DNA of 64,000 nt, taken from Candidatus Thorarchaeota archaeon (GTDB lineage: Archaea > Asgardarchaeota > Thorarchaeia > Thorarchaeales > Thorarchaeaceae). The stretch is from contig JBHLRP010000001.1 of assembly GCA_048882485.1 (NCBI GenBank), positions 1-64,000 on the forward strand, in the 5' to 3' direction. Below are positions 18,990 to 27,092 of the stretch, one piece after another. The notes below the pieces were generated by a model. That model was not told where the DNA came from. It did no database searches and was given only the letters and a program-made list of their open reading frames with translations. Position 1 is the stretch's first letter. Every line of letters starts with the position of its first letter. A program made the position numbers and the translations under genes.

Positions 18990-20633
18990 TCAGTCTTTCA
19001 ATAGCTTGGGAACTTGGCTTCGAACCAAGGCTAGCTCTACTATCATCACTAGAAACTGGGTGCTCAGACTGACAACGTGATTACCTGTAAGAATAATTGC
19101 AGCTCCATATCCTATCAGTGGCATAATGCCGACTAATGCTCCTACTATTGCAGCAAGAAAGGTCATGCCAGAGTCTGCCACTACGCTAATGGACACAGCG
19201 CGACCATCACCTCGCTTCCAATACGTGAAAGCGCCTACAGCTAGCGCTATGGTATATCCACAAGGAATTTGAACCAATGAAATAAGAGGTATCAAAGGCG
19301 ATGTCAATGGAAATATTGACAGGAGAAAGGAGACCAAAATCATTGATCCCACGTAAGGAATCATAGCCATAGCAACTTTGGCATTCAGCATCTTTCTTGA
19401 TTTGATTGGAAGTCCAGCCTGAATTGACGCCCCTTGAGTGTCAAACATCATCACCGAGATAATCGTAATTCCTGCAAAGAAGTTGCCATATTCAACGGAA
19501 ACGAGAGCCGTGAGACTTCGTAATGCCTCCGACTCAGACCAGCCTGCCATCATTGGATAGAGGAAGACGGCAAGGAATAGCGGGATGATGAACACAAATG
19601 AAGACCCGATATTTCGTGTTGCCAGTTTGAGATCCTTATTGATGATTGACTTAAGAACCGACTTCGTCTTTAGAGTGATTTCACGCAGCTCTAGGGGCTT
19701 TTTCGTTGATACTCCTCCTACAGAGATTTGCTGGAGTGCATTACCAGTTCGCCGATAAGACATGATTGCCAGCCCTGCATAGAGGCCTGACGCAATAATG
19801 GCGGTTAGAGTAGTTGCATAAGGGAGCTCAAGCCCAAACTGTACCGCTGATGCCAAGAAACCAAATGAGAATGGAAAAAGCATGGCTAGAAATGAGCTTC
19901 CTTGAGTTCCCATTCCCGTGGATAGATCAGCAATGAAATGGATCAATGATGGCAGCCAACTGCCCATGCTAAATGCTACGACCATCCCAAGTGCTAATCC
20001 CAAGGATGCTGATACTCTGACAACCGTGTTCATTCTAGAGCCGTCGACCTGATGAGACTTCTTTCTAAACCAAATGGACATCCTAGTCAAGGCACCAATC
20101 GAGAGCGATACTGTTGCAGCGCAACCCATTAGTGCCACAAGAGCAGGACCCGGTCCCATTGCAATAAGAGTGATGATTGGAAAGATTGTGAGAATCAATA
20201 TTGTTGGTGCAATGAATACTCTGATGAACGCAAGTAATGATAACTCATCAAGATTCCTTCTACTCAGTGGGAGAGTTGAGGGGAAACTTAAGACATCAGC
20301 GGTGAAGAAGCCAGTTGTCACAGACAGATTGAGAAATATCAGCAAAGCAAAGCTGAGGACTAGGAAGATAGAGAGTCCCACAGCCAACCGTGTCTGGGGA
20401 ACACCGATGCTCTCATCTACAAAGGCCATAGCTGCAGTTAGGACTGCAAGTGAGAATATGAGAGCAGTTGTTATGAACGTGCTGAATCGGCTGTTCGACT
20501 TGATACTTCGAGCGATTTTCTGAGGATTCTCTTTCACCCTCGCAAGATTTGATGGATTCATCTCTAGATAGCCCTTGAACCTCACCTCTCCTGATATGAT
20601 TCCCGCCAGTTTCCATCGTTCAGAGAATTTCAC
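18990..20633 (-). CDS. ABC exporter permease (about 12-14 TM)
   Basis: Highly hydrophobic; two halves each with an xLPLS/GLPI loop and a KDLKLATR amphipathic segment; 1-bp overlap with the upstream ATPase. Confidence 0.75.
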   Translation of the reverse strand: MKFSERWKLAGIISGEVRFKGYLEMNPSNLARVKENPQKIARSIKSNSRFSTFITTALIFSLAVLTAAMAFVDESIGVPQTRLAVGLSIFLVLSFALLIFLNLSVTTGFFTADVLSFPSTLPLSRRNLDELSLLAFIRVFIAPTILILTIFPIITLIAMGPGPALVALMGCAATVSLSIGALTRMSIWFRKKSHQVDGSRMNTVVRVSASLGLALGMVVAFSMGSWLPSLIHFIADLSTGMGTQGSSFLAMLFPFSFGFLASAVQFGLELPYATTLTAIIASGLYAGLAIMSYRRTGNALQQISVGGVSTKKPLELREITLKTKSVLKSIINKDLKLATRNIGSSFVFIIPLFLAVFLYPMMAGWSESEALRSLTALVSVEYGNFFAGITIISVMMFDTQGASIQAGLPIKSRKMLNAKVAMAMIPYVGSMILVSFLLSIFPLTSPLIPLISLVQIPCGYTIALAVGAFTYWKRGDGRAVSISVVADSGMTFLAAIVGALVGIMPLIGYGAAIILTGNHVVSLSTQFLVMIVELALVRSQVPKLLKD

Positions 20634-21412
20634 TACGCGAGTGCCTCCCTGAGCTGGTCGATGTTTTCCCGTACTTCATCCTCTTGTTCAGTCAGCGCCA
20701 GGAATACTTTCTCTAGGGTTGCTCCTTCTCTCTTTGAAATACTTCGCAGTTCATCAAGTGTACCAATGGCAACTAGCTCGCCTTCATCGAGGATACCCAC
20801 ACGGTCACACATGGCTTCAGCTACTTCCATTATGTGTGTGCTCAACAAGACGGAGCCACCATTCTCAGTGTGGATTTTGATAACGTCCTTCATAATCGAA
20901 GCCGTTCGGACATCAAGCCCAGAGAAAGGCTCGTCCAGAATCAGAAGCTTGGGCTTGTGGATGAGCGCTGCAACCAGCAGTGCCTTCTGCTTATTGCCCT
21001 GTGACAGCGTCACGACCATTGAATCATAGTATTTCTCAAAATCAAGAGCACGAACGAACTCTTCTATACGCTTGCTGGTCTTTTCTTCAGGTAGCTCTCT
21101 CACGGAAGCTATGAAGTCGAAAATCTCTCTGGGCGTTAGGGATTCGTAGAGCTGCTGTTCCTCAGGCACATATCCGACGATGCGCTTTACACCAATAGGA
21201 TCTTCGCTGGAACTGACACCGAAGACTTCTGCTGAGCCTGAGTCTGCATCCAAAAGCCCCATAAGGACTTTGATAGCTGTTGTCTTCCCTGCTCCATTCG
21301 GTCCAAGGATTCCAAATATCTCACCCTCTCGAACCTCAAACGACACGTCATTTACAGCGACAAGGTCGCCGTATGATTTAACCAAATTCTCAATCATTAC
21401 TGCTTTTGGCAA
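20633..21412 (-). CDS. ABC-2 exporter ATP-binding subunit
   Basis: GPNGAGKTT, LSQGNKQK, LILDEPFSGLD, STH. Confidence 0.92.
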   Translation of the reverse strand: MPKAVMIENLVKSYGDLVAVNDVSFEVREGEIFGILGPNGAGKTTAIKVLMGLLDADSGSAEVFGVSSSEDPIGVKRIVGYVPEEQQLYESLTPREIFDFIASVRELPEEKTSKRIEEFVRALDFEKYYDSMVVTLSQGNKQKALLVAALIHKPKLLILDEPFSGLDVRTASIMKDVIKIHTENGGSVLLSTHIMEVAEAMCDRVGILDEGELVAIGTLDELRSISKREGATLEKVFLALTEQEDEVRENIDQLREALA

Positions 21413-21414
21413 TA

Positions 21415-21867
21415 TTATCTCTCCAGGTTAGCTCTTGACCTACTATTCTCTCTTAGTCTGACTCTTCTTTTGACAAATGTCCAATAGCTATAGAAGACAA
21501 TCCATGCAGTCCAGATTCCAAACACTATGAGCACAGCCCAGTGCTGAACTGCGATGAATAGGTACATATTCATCACAATGTACATTCCCACATTGATGAA
21601 GTACGCCCTACGCTGCCATCCGTACTTTGCTACAACATCCACCGCTTGAATGGCCGCATATCCTCGATCATTCAGAATGTATGAACCATTTTCATTGGTT
21701 GTAACAATGCTTGACATCTTCTTCAGGTGGAAATCTAGCAGGCCACTGCTGCTTATTTTCAGCTTTCGCTTCAGGTCGGCAAATCCCCTTGGACCCTTGG
21801 CTAGTTCCTTTAGGATCTCTACTCTCATCGGGTGGGATATTGCATCAAACACTTCATCCGAGTTCAT
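21415..21867 (-). CDS. ArsR-like winged-helix regulator with two C-terminal TM helices
   Basis: FDAISHPMRVEIL...FADLKRKLKISSSGLLDFHLKKM wHTH; two hydrophobic helices and a basic tail. Confidence 0.8.
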   Translation of the reverse strand: MNSDEVFDAISHPMRVEILKELAKGPRGFADLKRKLKISSSGLLDFHLKKMSSIVTTNENGSYILNDRGYAAIQAVDVVAKYGWQRRAYFINVGMYIVMNMYLFIAVQHWAVLIVFGIWTAWIVFYSYWTFVKRRVRLRENSRSRANLER

Positions 21868-21883
21868 TTATCATCACATATGA

Positions 21884-21943
21884 CTTGACCAAGATGCATA
21901 TTATTCTATCAACCTTGACCAGCAAGTCAAGAAGCATTGACCA
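21884..21943. promoter_or_regulatory. Candidate operator: repeated TTGACC boxes
   Basis: TTGACCA at 21885, 21915 and 21937; palindrome CTTGAC-N6-GTCAAG at 21914-21931, immediately upstream of the wHTH gene. Confidence 0.45.
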
Positions 21944-22017
21944 CGCTTGTGACATTTCTCTTTTGAGGATATAACCCAATGCACCAACGCAAGTGATTGC
22001 GTAGATTGAATCGGGGC

Positions 22018-23508
22018 TTACTTCTCAGATCGTTTGACCACAGATGCCACGATGCCAAGTAGGCAATATAGTATCATGACTATCACAGGTACAATTTCAT
22101 CAAGAATGGATGCATTATAGAAAGCTACTGCTCTCGCTGCCTCCACATAATACGTGAGAGGAAAGATATAGGGGAGCATGGCGATATACGATGGCATTTG
22201 ACTCAGGGGGAACAAGAGTCCGGATAGGAACATCTGGGGGAGGATGAATACGAGCATGAGTTGTATCACTTGCAGTTCATTCTTCATCCGAACAGAAATC
22301 GCAAGTGCAAGTGTGACAGATCCTATGGCTAAGAGCACAACTAACGGAATCAACAATAAGATGGATGAAAGTATTCGTGGAGCGATGTAGATTATTACAA
22401 AGCTAATGACCATAGTCTGAACTAGAAGAACTCCAATGAACGCAACTGAGTACCCGAGTACAATCTCGAGATCCGTCAGAGGCGTGCTTTGCATTCTCTC
22501 CAAAGTGCCTTGTTGCCTTTCTCGTAAGAAGAAAATCCCTGGTATCAGGAAACCGAAGAATACACTCATGAAGCCGATAATCGCTGGACCCATGATCTCT
22601 ATCATTGACATTCCAGCTTCTCCATAGACGTATGTAAGGTCTATATTGGTTTCACTCTCTCGTCCGAAGGCTTGTGAGATTGATTCAGAGAGAGAAATCT
22701 GAATTGCTGTTAGTGCTGAAGCAGCTTCTGCAGTCTGTATGCCATTTACGAATAGCTCAACGGGTTGGTCTTCACCATTGATCGTGGCTTGTGTGAACCT
22801 AGAACCCACATATATTCCTGCTACTACTGATCTGCTTTCGAGTGACTCAATGACTTCCTCGCGGCTATCGCATATGGTGATAGACACATTACCATTTTCA
22901 AGCAAATTCTCTTCGAAGATTTCACCAATGATAGATGTGAATCCGACATCTTCATTGACAAGAGAGAGGTTGAATGAGAGGTCAACAGGACTTGGAGGTA
23001 GTGGAACTGAGAATGTTATGTTACGTTGTATCTCAACACCTGTACTTCCGAATACTTCACTGGCAGCCTTTGTAGTGACATTTCCTATCACAGCCAGAAT
23101 ATAGTTTGCTTCCACCTCGCTAGTCACATTGACATGCAATTCGAGTGTGACATTTGCACCCGTTAGAAGACCCTCTGTGAAATCGAGGGGCAATAAGAGA
23201 ACTGCTTGTATCGATTCTCCAAGATCAGCAAAAGCATCAGCACGAGCCCTTTCAAAGACGGTCACATTCTCATTTTCTTCGAATAGAGTCGATACAGTGG
23301 CTCCGAGACTCTCTTCAAGAGGGGCATCTTGAATGCACACAGCTGTTGGGACATTCACGACCTCTCCTGAAAGAATGAATGACCACAGGAATGTGACTAG
23401 CAGTGGTGCAAGAACCATTAGAACAAGAGTTGGTCGGTCTCGACGAATTTGACGGAAGATTCTCCGTATCATTGAACCAATACGGTGAGAGCTGATATTA
23501 TGACTCAT
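22018..23508 (-). CDS. ABC-2 (YhhJ/YbhR-like) permease with duplicated extracytoplasmic domain
   Basis: RQIRRDRPTL N-terminus, RERQQGTLER..STPL, PQMFLSGLLFP, PLTYYVEA. Confidence 0.85.
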   Translation of the reverse strand: MSHNISSHRIGSMIRRIFRQIRRDRPTLVLMVLAPLLVTFLWSFILSGEVVNVPTAVCIQDAPLEESLGATVSTLFEENENVTVFERARADAFADLGESIQAVLLLPLDFTEGLLTGANVTLELHVNVTSEVEANYILAVIGNVTTKAASEVFGSTGVEIQRNITFSVPLPPSPVDLSFNLSLVNEDVGFTSIIGEIFEENLLENGNVSITICDSREEVIESLESRSVVAGIYVGSRFTQATINGEDQPVELFVNGIQTAEAASALTAIQISLSESISQAFGRESETNIDLTYVYGEAGMSMIEIMGPAIIGFMSVFFGFLIPGIFFLRERQQGTLERMQSTPLTDLEIVLGYSVAFIGVLLVQTMVISFVIIYIAPRILSSILLLIPLVVLLAIGSVTLALAISVRMKNELQVIQLMLVFILPQMFLSGLLFPLSQMPSYIAMLPYIFPLTYYVEAARAVAFYNASILDEIVPVIVMILYCLLGIVASVVKRSEK

Positions 23509-24422
23509 TGTCGGGCCCTCCTGACATAATGGGCGAAGGCCTCCTCAAGTCCAGGTTGTTTCACGACAAGATCCTTTACCTGAATTCTCGCTTGTGTTAA
23601 AATCTGAAATACTCTGAACTTGATATCACTGTTTGCTGATTTCACTGTGAATCGTTTCCCTCTGATTTCAATTGGAGCTATACTCTCCAGGATATTCTTG
23701 AGTTGAGTAGAGTCGCTCGGATCAATAGTCCCGGTAATTGTGCTTTCCAGAGGGAGCGAACCAATCAGGTCGTCTGGATGACCATGGGCAATTAATATTC
23801 CTTCAAAGATCATAGCAACATTGTCACATCTCGTTGCTTCATCGAGATAGTGTGTTGTCATAGCAATCGTCTTGCCTGCATTAGCAAGACTGTGGAAGTG
23901 ATCCCAGAATTCCAATCTCAATTCTGGACTAATCCCGACTGTGGGCTCGTCAAGGAATATTACTTCGGGATCATGAGCTATTGCACAGGCAAGACTCACC
24001 CGTTGAATTGTTCCACCACTGAGCACATCCACAGTGCGGTCTAGTGATTCAGTGATTCGAGTAAGTCTGGCAGCCTGCTCCACTAACTCCTTTCTTCTTT
24101 GAGAATCCTTGACTCCATAGCTTGCTACAAAGAAATCGAGATTCTCTCGTGCCGTTAAATCTGGGTAGAGTGATTTGAGCTGGGTCATGTATCCTATGCG
24201 GGCACGTTCTCCTGTGGAAAGACGATTCGACTGTGTTTCTCCAATGTAACAATTTCCACTTGTCGGAGCTAGAATACCAATCATCATGCGCACAAGAGTT
24301 GTCTTTCCTGCACCATTCGGTCCCACCATGCCTAGAATCGTTCCTTTGGGAACATCAAGAGAAATATTGTCAATAGCAACGATATCCTCGAATCGTTTTG
24401 TCACATTTACAGCCCGAATCAC
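23505..24422 (-). CDS. ABC-2 exporter ATP-binding subunit
   Basis: GPNGAGKTT, LSGG, FLDEPTVG, TTHYLDEA, C-terminal LEEAF. Confidence 0.92.
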   Translation of the reverse strand: MIRAVNVTKRFEDIVAIDNISLDVPKGTILGMVGPNGAGKTTLVRMMIGILAPTSGNCYIGETQSNRLSTGERARIGYMTQLKSLYPDLTARENLDFFVASYGVKDSQRRKELVEQAARLTRITESLDRTVDVLSGGTIQRVSLACAIAHDPEVIFLDEPTVGISPELRLEFWDHFHSLANAGKTIAMTTHYLDEATRCDNVAMIFEGILIAHGHPDDLIGSLPLESTITGTIDPSDSTQLKNILESIAPIEIRGKRFTVKSANSDIKFRVFQILTQARIQVKDLVVKQPGLEEAFAHYVRRARQ

Positions 24423-24486
24423 CTTCTGATCCTCCAGATGTCCTTCTCATCGATTCTTAGATATGCAATCTCTCTTATTGATTTTT

Positions 24487-24504
24487 TGTAAGTGATTACT
24501 AACA
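24487..24504. promoter_or_regulatory. Candidate TetR operator
   Basis: TGTAAGT-GATT-ACTAACA (6 of 7 arm positions palindromic) between divergent ABC and tetR genes, beside TTTTAAA. Confidence 0.55.
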
Positions 24505-24548
24505 TAAATTTTAAACAAACTCGGTCAATTATCTTGGTGGTCACAATC

Positions 24549-25127
24549 ATGCCAAAGGTACTCGATGACGAACAAATTTACCGTGCTGTGATTCAAACTG
24601 TATCAGAAAACGGTTATACCGGATCTACAACCAAAGAAATGGCTGCTGCTGCTGGTATAAGCGAAGTGACTCTGTTCAGAAAGTATGGAAGCAAAGAAGA
24701 ATTGGTTAAAGCATCAATTTCATTTATTGTTGGACAAGTGGATCTGAAATCTGCCAGCCAATACACTGGTGATGTTCATGCTGATTTGACTAGAATGGTG
24801 AAGATATACCATGATTTCGCTAATGAATACGGGGATTTCTTTTCGGTTATGATTTTTGAATTGCAGCGTCATCTAGATTTACTTGAAATAGTCAATGAGC
24901 CATTTGATATCGTCCTATCTTTTGTAGAATTGATGGCCCGTTATCAGAACGAAGGATTACTGGCAAAAGAACATCCCTTAATTGCATGGGCTTCCTTGGT
25001 GAGTCCGATACTCATCGCTTTCAATATGAAGAAAGTTGTTCCAGATTTTGAGTTAGGAGCGGAAGCTTTTGGAGATCATGTCGCCAATTTCCTGGCTGGA
25101 CGCCTTAGGAAGACCAGCAAAACCTGA
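24549..25127 (+). CDS. TetR/AcrR family transcriptional regulator
   Basis: GYTGSTTKEMAAAAGISEVTLFRKYGSKEEL HTH; probable ATG at 24549. Confidence 0.92.
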   Translation: MPKVLDDEQIYRAVIQTVSENGYTGSTTKEMAAAAGISEVTLFRKYGSKEELVKASISFIVGQVDLKSASQYTGDVHADLTRMVKIYHDFANEYGDFFSVMIFELQRHLDLLEIVNEPFDIVLSFVELMARYQNEGLLAKEHPLIAWASLVSPILIAFNMKKVVPDFELGAEAFGDHVANFLAGRLRKTSKT

Positions 25128-25241
25128 TGAGAGACTTGGCATTTTAGGTTCGCGCAAATCTCCAATTGCATATTCTAACCAAGCGAAGTGGGAATTAGTT
25201 CATCCTGTTGATATTGGAAGCATAGAGAGTACATGATTTCA

Positions 25242-26519
25242 TCATGAGGCACTAAGATTCAGACAATATTCTCTTTGATACAAGACATACAGGACAGCTA
25301 TCCATATCGGATTAATGGGGTCTAGACCTAGGACAAAGAAATCAAGGACAATGCCTATTGAGAAGAATGCTAGAAGATTGTTCGAACCTGACCATAGTAG
25401 ATCAAGACGACGAGTTTCACCCTCATTGCCTTCGCATGTGTGGTAAAGCTGAAGCATAGATGGTGCGAGAAACGCATACAATACTGCTAGAAAGAGAAAC
25501 CAAGAATCGGTATATACCAGGAGAAATAGGAATATCATATCAGCGAAGTGATGAAGATAATTCTTCTCAGAGGAAGGTGTTCTAACGAATCTGATGTAAC
25601 TTCGCAGGAAAATGAAGGCTCCAATAATCAACATTATTGTCAACACGATGACACTGTCACTACCCAAGTCCAGAACATCAATGATAAGCTGCGTGATACT
25701 TGTACTATGCTGATAGGGTAGGCCACCTGAAAAGTTCACCTGGATAAATTCGCTAATCGCACTCGGATATACAATGAAGTAGAGCATGTTTGGCAACATT
25801 GTGGCTAGAAATCCCAATGCTGCTCCTATAAAAGGTCTTAGCGGTATGCTGAGACTGAATCTATCTGTGAGTGAAATTGGAATCACAAAAGAATAGAGAA
25901 CAATAAAGAAAGGCTTGAGGATTGATGCAATGCCAATCAGCGCCCCAATCCAGAAGAATCTACGAACAGATTGATGCTGATTGTCCTGAAGTAGATGTAG
26001 CGCAATCAGAACGAGGAATATTGCTAGATGTGTTATTTGTCCTAGAACTAAGTTGATGATATGAGGCGGAGTGATAGCGAGAATTGCCAGTGTTTTCTCG
26101 AAGTTCTTTGTGGAAGTTGTCACTCCCATTTGCTGACTAATTGAGAAGACAAGAAACACAATTCCAAAGCTGATCACCATCATGAAGGAGATATTGATAA
26201 TGTATAATGGTATGAGGGGAATAAATGAGAGTATAGCCATGAAAGCGGCAAACGACGGAAAATATCTGAAAGGCAAGTCATTTGGAGCAACAGCGTAGAT
26301 AGCTCCAGGAGAGTCTCGAAACACTATTCCTGATTCATAGAAAACCTGAAAGTCCATTGTGAAGATTGTGTCCGCTAATGCTCCCTGAGTCAGGTAGAAT
26401 GCAAAAAGTATCACTATAGCAAGGTAATAGATTAGACTGAAAGCAAATCCGAATTTAAGCAGACGAGATTCCCGAAGATAATTCCAGAATGACTTGAATG
26501 ATGATGCTAATTCTCTCAC
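25242..26519 (-). CDS. GT87/DUF2029-like polytopic glycosyltransferase (GT-C fold)
   Basis: DFQVFY, FRYFP, LGQ, ASILKP motifs and many TM helices; GTG start overlaps the upstream TGA (GTGA). Confidence 0.7.
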   Translation of the reverse strand: MRELASSFKSFWNYLRESRLLKFGFAFSLIYYLAIVILFAFYLTQGALADTIFTMDFQVFYESGIVFRDSPGAIYAVAPNDLPFRYFPSFAAFMAILSFIPLIPLYIINISFMMVISFGIVFLVFSISQQMGVTTSTKNFEKTLAILAITPPHIINLVLGQITHLAIFLVLIALHLLQDNQHQSVRRFFWIGALIGIASILKPFFIVLYSFVIPISLTDRFSLSIPLRPFIGAALGFLATMLPNMLYFIVYPSAISEFIQVNFSGGLPYQHSTSITQLIIDVLDLGSDSVIVLTIMLIIGAFIFLRSYIRFVRTPSSEKNYLHHFADMIFLFLLVYTDSWFLFLAVLYAFLAPSMLQLYHTCEGNEGETRRLDLLWSGSNNLLAFFSIGIVLDFFVLGLDPINPIWIAVLYVLYQREYCLNLSAS

Positions 26520-27073
26520 CAAATCGGAACCCCCCAAAGGATAGCCTCTGCAAGAATCAATGATAATCCTGAACTTACTATTAAGCCAATTACAATCAAT
26601 GCCTCTGGCCACTTGTACCGGCTTCTCCACCTTTCATCAAATATGAAAAAGGGAATGAAGAGCGTGAAAATCGTCACAAACATTATGATTAGATTGGGAG
26701 CCTGAATATACTTCCTTGCTCCATCAAGAATCATTAAGACGGATACCAGAACCACTGGTGGGTGCATTGTGATCCTTTCGATCAGACCCCAGTGCCTATT
26801 CTTTTTCCAATAGGTCTGGGATTTGAACCTTCGAAAGAAGTTAATGTCCCATATCGATGTTACTACCAGAATTGGAAAAGCTACCATTACCATGATATTG
26901 AACGGGTACACGCCAAGTCCGAGTAATAGTGCTATCCCCAAATAATAGGAGAAGAACCTGCTGAAGTATCTTCGTCGAAAAAGGAGCTCATCTTTAAGCT
27001 TGAATTCATCTAGCCAGATTCGAAAAGGTAGATAGATGACCCCTGTAACAATGATTATCTCAGTCGTACCCAC
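26516..27073 (-). CDS. Hypothetical membrane protein
   Basis: 185 aa, about 5-6 hydrophobic helices, tightly packed between mutS and the GT87-like gene. Confidence 0.65.
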   Translation of the reverse strand: MGTTEIIIVTGVIYLPFRIWLDEFKLKDELLFRRRYFSRFFSYYLGIALLLGLGVYPFNIMVMVAFPILVVTSIWDINFFRRFKSQTYWKKNRHWGLIERITMHPPVVLVSVLMILDGARKYIQAPNLIIMFVTIFTLFIPFFIFDERWRSRYKWPEALIVIGLIVSSGLSLILAEAILWGVPIW

Positions 27074-27092
27074 TTCTTCAAACCTCGTTACT

